From: Eledone cirrhosa
Lineage: Eukaryota
NCBI GenBank assembly: GCA_964016885.1
Contig: OZ024743.1
Span: 309,938,001-310,002,000, forward strand
DNA: 64,000 bases
Direction of reading: 5' to 3'
The notes below the pieces were generated by a model, which was not told where the DNA came from, ran no database searches, and worked only from the letters and a program-made list of their open reading frames with translations. The translations under genes were made by a program, and so were the position numbers. Numbering within the stretch: position 1 is the first letter of the stretch; every line of letters starts with the position of its first letter. This document shows, one piece after another, positions 12,836 through 26,597 of the stretch.

Positions 12836-14232
12836 CCCATGTTAAAATCCCCTATTACTATATTAGATTCTCAATTGTTGTAACATGTATGTTTATAATA
12901 AGTGACAAATTATTACTCTAGAATAAAGAAATATTTGAGAAACGATGCTTTAACTATAATATATAAATAAGAAATATTGAAATGTAAACAACATCGATTC
13001 AGAGATGTTTATTAATACAAGTTTAATTACACAATTTTTTGAATAATTGAATAAAAGGTTAATATAGTTATCTAGCAGTTATCGATCGATAAGAGCTCAA
13101 ATTTATTCGCTTTCGTAGTAGGTTAGAATTCGTCAAATCGGACCAAGAAAACGACATTCCTGTTCGTGTTTCCATTGCTGATACTACCTAAGGGTCGCAT
13201 CTGATGGCAGTAAGAGCAATGTGAAATAAAGCCGCATGCTGAAGGATATAATGCATCGCCTGGTCTCGAAATCGACCACGCAACCCTACGATTGTGAATC
13301 TAATTCTCTTACTACTAAACCCCACGCCTCTTCAACTAACAGTTGTGAAAATTAAAAAGTATTTATCGATATAACCAATTATGATTCAGTCCCCAAGCAA
13401 CTGCCGAATAATTATCTAAAGTTTAATACTATAACATGAAAGTGAACATTTCCTTATATATATCTTATATATTGATGATATATTCCAGAAATCTTTTATA
13501 TGTCATATTGGCAGATACCAGTCTAGTACTGAGGTGGAATCTTCCCCTATATCTCTTTCGCATTTTCCTCTCTCACTTTCTATCTTTCTCTGGAAGAAAT
13601 CTGCTGTCTGGAGAGGAATGGGCCCCGCCAGGCTTAAAAATGCCCAATAAACGCCGTATGTCAACAGGGCTCCTCTATGACTCTATCAGGAGTTACGGGA
13701 TACATATATATATATATAGATACATACATATATACATACATACATATATACATACATACATATATACATATATAGATACAAATAAAGTCATCTGAAGACA
13801 TTCTGAGCCATGGTAACCACATCATTTGTTTTCACATACAGTAAATCTTGGACTACATTGCTCAATGCATCCTTCCCTTTAAGTGAGGGAATGTTTTCTG
13901 ACTGCAATTTCTAGCTAGTCGAGTGGCTCAAAGTGGAAAATAGAAAGTTCTTCATGGAAGTTGGAAACCTCCATGATAAATGAGCGTTAAATGCATAATT
14001 GAATAGATTTTAAACAGAATAGTGGTAATAGAAAATATCTGATGATATCTTAGAACAGCTTCAGTCATTTATGAGTAGAAATAATAATCTAATTTCAATA
14101 AGCTTAATAGTAGAACATTCAATTCGATTAGGATATATGATTTTCAAATCTAACATTTCCATTGAGAAATATGAGTCAATATGTGTTAATTGGTTTGTCG
14201 CCAGTAAACTATGACTAAGGCGGTGAAATGTT

Positions 14233-14276
<44 letters not shown>

Positions 14277-14302
14277 CATGTATACACACACACATATATA
14301 TG

Positions 14303-14387
<85 letters not shown>

Positions 14388-14408
14388 ACACACACACATA
14401 TATATGTA

Positions 14409-14484
<76 letters not shown>

Positions 14485-14497
14485 TATGTGTGTGTGT

Positions 14498-14546
<49 letters not shown>

Positions 14547-14558
14547 GGACTGCGAGAG

Positions 14559-14710
<152 letters not shown>

Positions 14711-15329
14711 TTTGTGTCTAGATATTCACTTGTCAGTAAAACAATAATTCAATAATTATGTTATGTTAATAGTTTTCGTTTTGCAAGTATTATCATATAG
14801 AAAATTCAATTTGTACAATTTACGGAATTTCTTTTTATCCTTCACAGATTATATAAATCACTAAATCTTTTATAAACTACTTTTTCCTCTCTTCTCTTCA
14901 TAAATCATCCACCCTCTTTTCTTCTTTTATTCTACATCTACTCACCCCTCTCCATCTTTTTCCTTCTTCGCTTTTAACACTCACCATCTTTTACTTGTTT
15001 GTTCATCATCCCGCTCTCGGACACTCATTTCCACCAATTTCTTTTGTTTATCTCTTTTCTCATTTCCCTTCCTTTATCCTTCTCTCTTCTTTCCCTTGTA
15101 TCTCGTACTGGTTAATATTTCTTAATCCTTTCCTTACTCAAACCTACGATTCAATTGCATTATGATATTAGTTCCGGCTTTCTGTGCTCTGAATCCAAAT
15201 TTGTGTTTATAAATCACATTAGTTGTATTATAACTCTTCATAAAGGAGTCCAATTAATCAATACCTGATAATATAATTCATTGATATTATTTCCTGTCAG
15301 GCAGGTCGTTTAACAACCTTATGAGATTG

Positions 15330-16460
15330 TCGGACAAAATGCTTTGCAGTATTTGTTTCGGTTTTTGAGCTCTGAATTCAAATCTCGCGTAGTTCAATCT
15401 TTTTGAGGTCGATAAATAAATTGACATAACAGCTGAGTACTGGAGGAGATTCTTTCTCGCTATTTTTCTCTCACACCCTCTGTCTCCAGAAGAAATTCAT
15501 TATGTTTTGAGCCGGAGAGTGATAGAACCTACCAAGATTTAAAATTCCAGAGACATGCTGTATATCACGAATTCTTCCCCTACAACCTCATTAGGAAACT
15601 CTATAAAAATAAAAGTACTAATATTAGAATAATTTATTCAGTTGCATACAGAGACAAAAGAATACGTTTTATTAAAATAGAAAAATAGAAATTTCTTGTT
15701 AATTAAAATTGGCGATGTTGTTTAGAATTTCGCTTCACAACCACGTGGGTTGCGAATCAGTCCCACAGCTTGGCAACTTGAATGGGTGTGTTTCTTTTAA
15801 ACCTCAAGCTGGCCAATATACCTCGTAAGTGAGAATTTGTAGATGTGTTTGTGTTTGTGCCTGGGTTTATGTTTAATGTTTGTCTCTTGTAATTTAGCGA
15901 TTCGACAAATAGTACACGTTATAAAAGTACCAAGCCGTAAAAATGAATACTGTGATTGATAAGATCGAGAAACATCTCTTCAAGTTGATACTGTAACATG
16001 GCTGGGCTCTAATGGCTGATACTAATAAAAGAATACACATGTTACATATTAAACCCTATCTATACCGGAGAAAGACAACAAAACATAAATAATATATTTA
16101 TGAATGTATTTAGTGTTTTATCAGTTGAGTTAGACAAACATGCAGGAGGCTTGTATTTTAAATTATAGAACGCCGCTGCATTTATCGTATGCCCCAATTC
16201 AAAGTACCATTTCCAATCTCAGACCTCATGAGTTGAATAATTGTTTCTAATTCAAGCTCAAGGAGAGAAAATATTAGGGGAGGAGGAAGTCGATTAAATT
16301 GACCTCGGTACTTTATTTTATCGACCCAGGATTCGAACAGTTGATAATGAGTCTGAACAGATAGTGTACAGCATTTTTGTCAGTAAAATACTGAGGGCAA
16401 TTTATTCGACTTACCTACCCCGTAGATTGCTTGCTCTTCGTCTAAATTAGAAACAATTAT
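15330..16460. mobile_element. Cluster of degenerate SINEs
   Basis: GAATTCAAATC B-box-like motif, GTCGATAAA core and ACTTTATTTTATCGACCC motifs on both strands. Confidence 0.5.
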
Positions 16461-16681
16461 TATGATTTAAACATAATATGCAATACGGAAATTCAGGTAG
16501 ATTTATGCTTGAGTTCGTAGACCTAATCTGTCACCCTGCTTATCTCACCTCCGACTTTCTTTATTTGGCTTTAATAGAATTTACTGTTACAGATATTCGC
16601 TCGAAATCTTTGTTGTGAGGAACAATTTCTACTTCGAAAATTTCCATGGGCGTTGTCTTTCTTAGCTTATAGTATGCTGTA

Positions 16682-18439
16682 ACATATGGAAAGGGGGGGG
16701 GGGGGAGAAAGACGAGAGAGAAAACGAAAATACAGTTATATGCACAACCGGCAAAATTACGAAATCAAACTATCACATCAAAATAAAAATAATATTGATA
16801 ATAAAGATACAGACAGAAAGAAGGGGGGATAGATGTGGTAAAGGTAGAGAACAAAAAGAAGGATGAAGAGGAAAAAGGGAAAGAGATAGAGAAAGATGAA
16901 GAAGGAAACAGAAAAACAGGTAGAGACATCATGTGGAAGACAGAAGAATTAAGGCGTGCGTTCGGATGAGTAATTGTTGATGAGTGAGAGAAGAAGGAAG
17001 ATAAACAGACAGGCGAATATACGTTAATACAAGAATGAAAGCAAGTAAAAATAGAGATTTAAGCATAGAAACAAATAAAAAAATAAATAAATAAGTAAAT
17101 AAATAAATAAATAAATAAAAGGATAAATAAATAAATAAAAAAGATAGATGAGTAAATAAACAATTTACATCTATTGTTATATAAAATGGTATAGTATCTG
17201 AGACGTAGAGATGAGAATAAATAAATAAATAAATGCGTTGAAGAGACTAATACGAGTAATATTATTGTTGTTAATGTTATTGTGCATAGATATAGATGAT
17301 TATTAAATGTGGATAGATGTTAAGTTGAAAATATCATAATATTGGATATATTTATGTGTGTATTGGATATCTTAGTAAGTAAATTAACTAGTTTAAGATG
17401 CATTATATGATAGAATAAAATGATCGAAATGAAGTAGGTTTAAGTAGAGAAAAGCAAAGGCAAATGGTGAAAGATCGAGGTGTATAAAATAAGAATGTCA
17501 ATACAAGATGTTCTGGTGTTGTTCTTTGGTAATAATAAGGGTGACAATGTGAAATCGTAGTAGATTCTAATGGCATAAAAGGGATAAGGAATAGAAAATG
17601 GAATTAAGCTGGTCTAATGTTCACATTGTTATTCCTTATCCCTTTCATACCATCGATCTTTCAATATTATGATATTTTCAACTTAACATCTATCCACATG
17701 TAATAATCATCAATAACTATTCACAATAATATTAACACCATTAATATTACTCTTATTAGTCTCTTCAACGCATTTATTTATTTATTTATTCTCATCTCTA
17801 CGTTTCAGATACTATACCATTTTATATAACAATATATGTAAATTGTTTATTTACTCATCTATCTTTTTATTTATTTATTTATCCTTTTATTTATTTATTT
17901 ATTTACTTATTTATTTATTTATTTATTTATTTATTTTTTTATTTGTTTCTATGCTTAAATCTCTATTTTTACTTGCTTTCATTCTTGTATTAACGTATAT
18001 TCGTCTGTCTGTTTATCTTCCTTCTTCTCTCACTCATCAACAATTACTCATCCGATCCCACGCCTTAATTCTTCTGTCTTCCACATGATGTCTCTACCTG
18101 TTTTTCTGTTTCCTTCTTCATCTTTCTCTATATCTTTCACTTTTTTCTTCTTCATCCTTCTTTTTCTTCTCTACCTTTACTACATCTATGCCCCCTTCTT
18201 TCTATCTGTATCTTGATTATCAATATTATTTTTACCCGCCAAGGTTGACTTTGACTTTCATCCTTACGGGGTCGACAAAATAAAGTACCAGTAATGCACT
18301 GGGTATTTGCTGGCCTTGTGCCTAAAGTAGAAACAATTATTTTTATTTTAATGTGATAGTTTGATTTCGTAATTTTGCCGGTTGTGCATATTTTCGTTTT
18401 CTCTTTCGTCTTACTCACCCACCCCTCCATTCCATATGT
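16682..18439. repeat. Long inverted repeat (~660 bp arms) with a SINE inserted in the right arm (18234-18338)
   Basis: 16682-17344 versus 17662-18439 reverse complement. The SINE is present in one arm only and is flanked by ATTATTTTTA-like repeats. Confidence 0.85.
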
Positions 18440-18700
18440 CCCCTTCCTTTATTTCTCTCTATATCTTTATTATTAATATCATTATTGATGTGGTAATTTG
18501 AATTTATAAATTTAGCGTTACGTATATATTTTGTATTTTCTATTAGTCTCTGACGAAATGATGGGTTGCATGTATTTTAAATTGAGTGCCACTACCTTCA
18601 GTGTTTACCATTTCTAGACATCTCTATCATGAAAACAATTGTTAGACTGCAAATAAATTTCCTTGTTTGTACTGTTGACCATGTTATTCTTCACCTTTTC

Positions 18701-18743
<43 letters not shown>

Positions 18744-18789
18744 TAAATACATATACATATATATATATATATAAATACACATATATATA

Positions 18790-18851
<62 letters not shown>

Positions 18852-18956
18852 CATACATATATATATATATATATAAATACATACATACATATATATATAA
18901 TATTTATTATAAAATAACAGGAGGTTGGACTGGTGTAAATCCTTGAAAGGTTTATT

Positions 18957-19014
18957 ATACTATGATCATTTCAATGACCGGGTTCCGTATGAATCCGGTG
19001 ATATCATCAGGTAT
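18957..19014 (-). ncRNA. Type I HHR
   Basis: Reverse complement: atac CTGATGA t-atc-accgg...ccggt-cat-t GAAA tgatca TA gtat; palindromic ATGATCAT. Confidence 0.75.
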
Positions 19015-19142
19015 TCGAAATATAAAAAAAGAATTATAAAATATAAAATCCATGGGGCTGAAAATCATAGACAAGAGGACGACCGACCATCTAGCAGCTT
19101 CTACCTCAGTCGGTCGCCCTCAAGTGTTGGCTATTCGGTCTA

Positions 19143-19922
19143 CTTATGACCAATAACACCATAGACCTGGGAGTAATTGTGGACAACAATATAATCTGGG
19201 CCACTCATATAAACAGCAAAGTAGATATGGCCCGCAAAATGTGTTCCTGGATTCTTAGAACTTTCCAGTCGAGAGATATCCACACTGTTATCCTTCTCTT
19301 CTCCACATTTGCCCCACCCCACCTTGAATACTGTTGTCCACTGTGGTCACCCCAGACGAAACAAAGTATCATGAAAGTTGAAGCACCCCAAAGGTCAATT
19401 ACAAAAAAGATAGATGGCATGACAGGCCTTGACTATTGGAGTCGGTTAGAAAAGCTAAAACTTTATTCTCTCCAGCGTCGCCTTGAGCGATACATTATCT
19501 GTATGATGTGGAAAATATTCTATCAACTTTGCCCAAATGATGTTGGCATTACCTTTAGTAGTGTACACCCAAGGCTTGGGCCCAGTGCTATCCGCCCACG
19601 ACAAAAATCTCACTCGCATCACATAACAACAATACGGCACAATTATTTCACCTCAATTGGCCCTGCACTCTTTAACATTACACCAAGACACATCAAAGCA
19701 GAGACAGACCCCATCAAGTTCAAGAAGTCTTTGGATAAATTCCTTCAAGAAATCCCGGATCAGCCTCCTACACCCGGATATGCCTCCGTAAACAATAACT
19801 CTCTGCTCGAGTTGGCAATGGTACCCAAACCCTGATTTGTAAGGCTCGCCAGGTGGTGCTATTAAGTTAGACAAGGCCTGGGCCAATACTGGCTGAAACC
19901 TATCAAAGTTATCAAAGTTATA
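19143..19922 (+). mobile_element. CR1-clade LINE, 3' end of RT ORF and tail
   Basis: DLGVIVD...PHLEYCCPLWSP...RLEKLKLYSLQRRLERY; short 3' UTR ending (TATCAAAGT)2. Confidence 0.9.
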
Positions 19923-19927
19923 TATAT

Positions 19928-19975
<48 letters not shown>

Positions 19976-20286
19976 TTATATATATATATATGCAAATACA
20001 TATATATATATATATATGTAAATACATATATATATATATAAATACATATATATATATATAAATACATACATATATATAGAGAGAATTCACAAGAATCAAA
20101 GCTATGTTCAAAGCATTTAATCACTTACAATTGTTTCATCCAAACCTAGGCTTGGGGTCTTGGGATCATTTTTCAATGCTTGTACACATAATTGACCTCC
20201 TTTCCAACGCAAGAGACATACAGATACATATATATACATTGATGTACAGTGGAGTGGCATATATTATACTATATTATTTTTGTACA

Positions 20287-20332
<46 letters not shown>

Positions 20333-20350
20333 CATATATATATATATTTC

Positions 20351-20454
<104 letters not shown>

Positions 20455-20467
20455 TATATATATATAT

Positions 20468-20563
<96 letters not shown>

Positions 20564-20588
20564 ATATATAAAAATATATACACATATA

Positions 20589-20624
<36 letters not shown>

Positions 20625-20625
<1 letters not shown>

Positions 20626-21070
20626 TTCGTTTCTGAATTTGTTTAGCAAGATTCTTTATCTGAAATCGTGTGTTGAAACCGATATTGTTATACTTTGGGA
20701 GGGTCATGTTGCCAATAAGAAACACACGCACCAGTTGCTTTCACTTTAATTTATTATATATTTATAAATTTATAAATTTACAAATCTACAAATCTATAAA
20801 TTTCTGGTTGGTTGGTTGGTTCCACAACCAGATAGTTGTTTATATATAGTCATAGTCCTTTCGACACACACTCTGTGACCTATTCAGTGACTGGGGATTC
20901 CTTTCTTTGTTTCTGTGCCTTTCCTTTCTTCTGTCCTACGCCATTTTGTTTCAAAGAAATTTATAGATTTGTAGATTTGTAAATTTATAAATTTATAAAT
21001 ATATAATAAATTGAAGTGAATGCAACTGGTGCGTGTGTTTCTTATTGGCAACATGACCCTCCCAAAGTAT

Positions 21071-21077
<7 letters not shown>
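20625..21077. mobile_element. Solo pLTR family A with inverted ends
   Basis: 20683-20803 is inverted at 20957-21077; same sequence family as 4311-4562; HHR degenerate. Confidence 0.7.
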
Positions 21078-21130
<53 letters not shown>

Positions 21131-21142
21131 TTAATATAGAGG

Positions 21143-21193
21143 AGATTCTACAGGACTAGAACTGTTTCATTCTTTAGAAATCATCAGGAATCT
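21143..21193 (-). ncRNA. Type I HHR, pLTR family B (copies 26417-26467 +, 33419-33468 +)
   Basis: agattc CTGATGA tttct-aa-agaat GAAA cag-ttctagtc-ctg TA gaatct; all three stems pair. Confidence 0.85.
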
Positions 21194-21514
21194 GGGTATC
21201 AAAAAATAAATATGGTATTTATAGGTCTCTTCAGGTGGTAGGAGAGGGTAGGGAGGGGGATGGGTGTAGGTCATTGGTTGATAGAAAAGGGAATTCATTA
21301 AAAGCTAATTCTTCAAAGCTATAGTTTATATTTAGACTAACAAAGGCAGAAAGAATTCTATAAACAAGTTCAGGATGGGGTGCCACTCCATATTTTTAAG
21401 TGTCTCTTAAGCTAACAAAGCCTTGATTTCAGGTGTCCATAAGATCATTGGTGGTCAGTCATGGTTGATGGATTTAAAGAAAAGGGAAATTCTTTAAAAG
21501 CTAATTCTAATTAA

Positions 21515-22078
21515 GTAAAGGTAACCATATTAAGTAAAGTTAATTTTTAAAAATTTATTTTGAAACTTTTTCTTATTTGCTAAACCATGATTATATATGT
21601 TCTGGCTCGTTAATTTATTACCTGCCATTGAACCACATTGGCATATGGTTGGAAAATACTTGTGTCCCTTAGCGCCTTGTGCGTGTAGGAACATATACTC
21701 AATTATTACTATTCTCCTCTTGGTTGAGAAAGAAATTTGGTCGCTCTGACTGCTGCTAGTTATAGAGGGAGCCGATTGACCTCCCTGCCTCTGCCTCTAT
21801 CTTTACACACAGCACTTGAAAGAATTGATTCCACTTCATTTTCACTCATCTCGGGAACAATTTTGAATAGCGCGAGTTCGTAATTTGAACTCGGGAATTT
21901 TATATTCTCCGAGAAAAGATCCTTCTGACGAGAGTTTATCTTTGCAACGGATGCCGTATGGACTACCTTTATTTTTGAGACTCGAAACCGATTCGGTAAA
22001 GGTAACCATAGTAAGTAAAGTTAATTTTTTAAAATATATTTTGAAACTTTTTCTTATTTGCTAAACCTTGATTATATA
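21515..22078 (+). mobile_element. 481-nt HHR-bounded unit plus ~80 nt terminal redundancy (retrozyme-like); HHR 21921-22002
   Basis: cctt CTGACGA gagttt...agactc GAAA ccg-att-cgg TA aagg. 21515-21598 repeats at 21996-22078. Confidence 0.75.
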
Positions 22079-22265
22079 TATATATATACATATACATATA
22101 CATACATATATATATATACACATACACACACACATACATACATATGCATACATACACACATACATATATATACATACATACACGCATACATACATATATA
22201 TACATATATACACATATACACACATACACACGTATGCATATATACATATATACACACGCACATAC

Positions 22266-22299
<34 letters not shown>

Positions 22300-22449
22300 G
22301 CACATATACATACATACATATATATAAATTCACATACACACATATACACACATACACATACTTACATACACATATATACACGTACACACACATACATACA
22401 TACAAATACATATATATATATATACATATATACATACATACATATACAT

Positions 22450-22502
<53 letters not shown>

Positions 22503-22839
22503 CATACACATACACTCACATATATATATATATATATATACACACATACACACACAGACATACACACACACACAAATATACATATATACATACACATATA
22601 TATATACACACATATATATATATATACATACACATATATACATATATACATATATACACATACAAACATACATACATATACATATATACACATATACATA
22701 TATATATGCAAAAGTTCTATTTAAAATTGTTGGGATACAACAAGTAAATATTTTATAACTGATATAAAGCACTCGACAAGTTTTTGGAGTAGATATACGA
22801 TATTAAATAAATGGAAACTATATTTATAAAACCATATTT

Positions 22840-22902
22840 ATTTCATTATACATATTTTAGGGATACCAAATTAAAATATGGTATGCCTTCATCAGACAAA
22901 AT
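22840..22902 (-). ncRNA. Degenerate HHR (G12A)
   Basis: attttgt CTGATGA agg...cct AAAA tatgta TA atgaaat. Confidence 0.45.
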
Positions 22903-24112
22903 ACAATATATAAACAGTTTTATAAATAATTTTGACATACCCTATTAGAAGCGACCATTACTTTTGGAAGCTGTCTGGATAGTGAGATGTTTATAATTAT
23001 TTTATTAGTTGTAGTGTTAAGCACAGTTAGAAAAAAGACGGAGAGAAAAGAAAAACGGAGAGAGAGAAGGAGAGAGAAAAAGAAGGAGAGAAAGAAAAGG
23101 AAGATATATATCAATAGATAGGAGGAAATGAAAAAGAAAGAAAAAAGAAAGAAATAAGAAAGACAAAAGAAAGCAACAGAGAGATAATAATTCATCATAC
23201 AGATAGAGAAACTCAAGAGAGAGGAAGTACTATATAGAGAGGGGAGGATATAGTGACACTTTACGTCATGTCATATTAAGTTAAATTAACAATTCATATG
23301 AAATGAATAATAAAAATGTAAATATCAATATTCATGAATGAGACATAGATATATAATATGAGAAAATAATATTGTTCAATAATGACCATATGTTTAGTTT
23401 AAAACCTTGAGGTCAATATACCAAAATCTGAGTTAAAACCTTAAAGAATTACCCTATTTATAAAAATACGGATACACATATGTATATATATATACACGCA
23501 TATGTACGTTCTAAAAAAAGAGAAAATTATGTCTACTCCAGTCAACAATATAGACATACAAATGATTTCACTTGATCACTACTATATATTTCTTGTGTTA
23601 TAAACATTTCACAGCATCTATACATAAAAATACGATTAATATTCATGTCCTCACATATATGATTACCGTTCATGTATTTAATATTATGCATATCTGCACC
23701 ACACATCAACATATACACACACAACCATACATACACAAATATATGTATAAATAAACATCTGCGTGAGTATTCCAGCATCGTTATGCATATATACAGACAT
23801 ATATACGAACACATAAATAAACTCTATAAACCTTTTATATGCATGTTAATACACACAAATGGCATTTGTATAGAGATAATCAAATATCAATATATTAATA
23901 CAGAAATATCAAAGCATTAAATATCTTTAACACACTATAGAGTATCTCAAGTTAAAAACAATATGTTTTATATATTTATTATAGAAAGCTATCCTACCTA
24001 TATCTCAAACAAGATATTGCAAGGGTAGACATATGAAAGTTATTAGAAGCTATAAGAGTAAAAAAAACAAATAAAAAACAAAAATAATTTAAAAGATTTA
24101 GAAGACCTAGTG

Positions 24113-24173
24113 ATTCTACGGATGACCTTATATTTAGTATAGTATATACTAAATATAAGGTCATCCGTAGAAT
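24113..24173. repeat. Perfect 29-bp hairpin
   Basis: ATTCTACGGATGACCTTATATTTAGTATA-gta-reverse complement. Confidence 0.9.
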
Positions 24174-24479
24174 ATATATATGTGTGTGTATATGTATGTA
24201 TATTTGTATGTATGTGTATATATGTTGTGTATATGTGTACATGTGTGTATGTGTGTATATGTATGTATGTGTATATGTATGTATGAGAGCAAACAGCACG
24301 GACACTCTATCTCAAAATTATTTTTGAAAAGCATTTAGAAATGCGCAACCGGTAAAAACTTAAAAACTTAAAACCACAACTGAATACTAACCCATACAAT
24401 CACTAATACTCTCTTATTCCTAATTAAACCATTTTTCAACTGTGAACAATTTGTCAGCATTTTCTATTCCGTTTACCAA

Positions 24480-24510
<31 letters not shown>

Positions 24511-24661
24511 GTGTGTATATGTGTGTATGTGTATGTATATATATATGCATATATGATTATATGGTTCTATGTGTGTATATATATATGTATGTATATGTGT
24601 ATATATGTGTATATATGTGTGTATATGTATATATGTGTATATATATATATAAATATATACA

Positions 24662-24694
<33 letters not shown>

Positions 24695-24700
<6 letters not shown>

Positions 24701-25651
24701 GTTAAAAATGTACATCCACATATGTATACTGAAATACTAGTATGCATATGAATACACACACGTATACATATGTAGATGTACCGAGTTTTTCACTGGTCAC
24801 TTTACTGTGGGTGTCCAGCTATTCTGTATGTAAACACACAGACAAACCGGTTTTTAGAGTCATACTGGTTTTTGAGGAAACACCTTTCCTCTATTCTCCA
24901 GAAAGCCAGACAATGAATATTGAACTAGTTTCGATGTTGTTACATCTCATCAGCAATATTTACCTATCTTCCGGCCTCTCTAGAGAATCGTAAAAGCACA
25001 TATCGTTATATGCTTTTTCTATGAAAATTAGTAGTGGGCAGACTAATTTGCATAGAGCGTGAGTACTTACCGGTTCAACGGAGACGATAAAAACAAATAA
25101 CGAAACGAAATTAAATTTCGTTTCGTTTGTAACTCACTTTTGTATGACTGACGCTTAAACAATTAAGTTAAAAATGTACATCCACATATGTATACTGAAA
25201 TACTTACGTACTCACGCTCTATGCAAATTAGTCTGCCCACTACTAATTTTCATAGAAAAAGCATATAACGATATGTGCTTTTACGATTCTCTAGAGAGGC
25301 CGGAAGATAGGTAAATATTGCTGATGAGATGTAACAACATCGAAACTAGTTCAATATTCCTTGTCTGGCTTTCTGGAGAATAGAGGAAAGGTGTTTCCTC
25401 AAAAACCAGTATGACTCTAAAAACCGGTTTGTCTGTGTGTTTACATACAGAATAGCTGGACACTCACAGTAAAGTGACCAGTGAAAAACTCGGTACATCT
25501 ACATATGTATACGTGTGTGTATTCATATGCATACTAGTATTTCAGTATACATATGTGGATGTACATTTTTAACTTAATTGTTTAAGCGTCAGTCATACAA
25601 AAGTGAGTTACAAACGAAACGAAATTTAATTTCGTTTCGTTATTTGTTTTT
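24695..25651. mobile_element. 466-bp HHR unit, ~1.1 copies then ~0.95 inverted copy; HHRs 24916-24960 (-) and 25314-25358 (+)
   Basis: The unit restarts at 25161 and inverts at ~25206. HHR reads aatattg CTGATGA gatgt-aaca-acatc GAAA ctag TT caatatt. Confidence 0.85.
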
Positions 25652-25734
25652 ATATATATATATATATGTGTATATGTATATATGTATATATATATATATA
25701 TATGTATATGTAGGTGTATGTATATATGTATATA

Positions 25735-25833
<99 letters not shown>

Positions 25834-25879
25834 GTTATTCCGGGTTGAATCGGAGGTAACCACAGTAAGTATATATATA

Positions 25880-25910
<31 letters not shown>

Positions 25911-26597
25911 GTGTGTATATATGTATGTGTATATATGTATGTGGTTGCGCGTGAATGTGTGAGAGAGTGTGTTTGTGAATGTGTCCGTTGACTTTTGGAA
26001 TATAGTTTAAGAGAAATTGGAAGATAATGGTATGATATACATTCAATATTTTGAATTGGTCTATAGAATTCTCTTGGCCTTTGTCATTAACTAGAACCTT
26101 AAAGAATTAGCTTTTAAACAATTTCCCTTTTCTTTAAATCCATCAACCATGACTGACCCCAATGATCTTATAGACACCTGAAATCTATGCATTGTTAGCT
26201 TAAGAGAAAATTAAAAATAAGGAGTGGCACCCCATCCTGAACTTGTTTATAGAATTCTTTCTACCTTTGTTACTCTAAATATAAACTATAGCTTTGAAGA
26301 ATTAGCTTTTAATGAATTCCCTTTTCTATCAACCAATGACCTACACCCATCCCACACCCTACCCTCTCCTACCACCTGAAGAGACCTATAAATACCATAT
26401 TTATTTTTTGATACCCAGATTCCTGATGATTTCTAAAGAATGAAACAGTTCTAGTCCTGTAGAAACTCATCTATATTAAAACTTTTATACTCTGCAAAGT
26501 ATTGAGTACCTTACTTACTGTGGTTACCTCCGATTCAACCCGGAATAACGTACCTTTTAGCACTCTCTGTGCCCCTTATAACCATCATCAAGAAACT

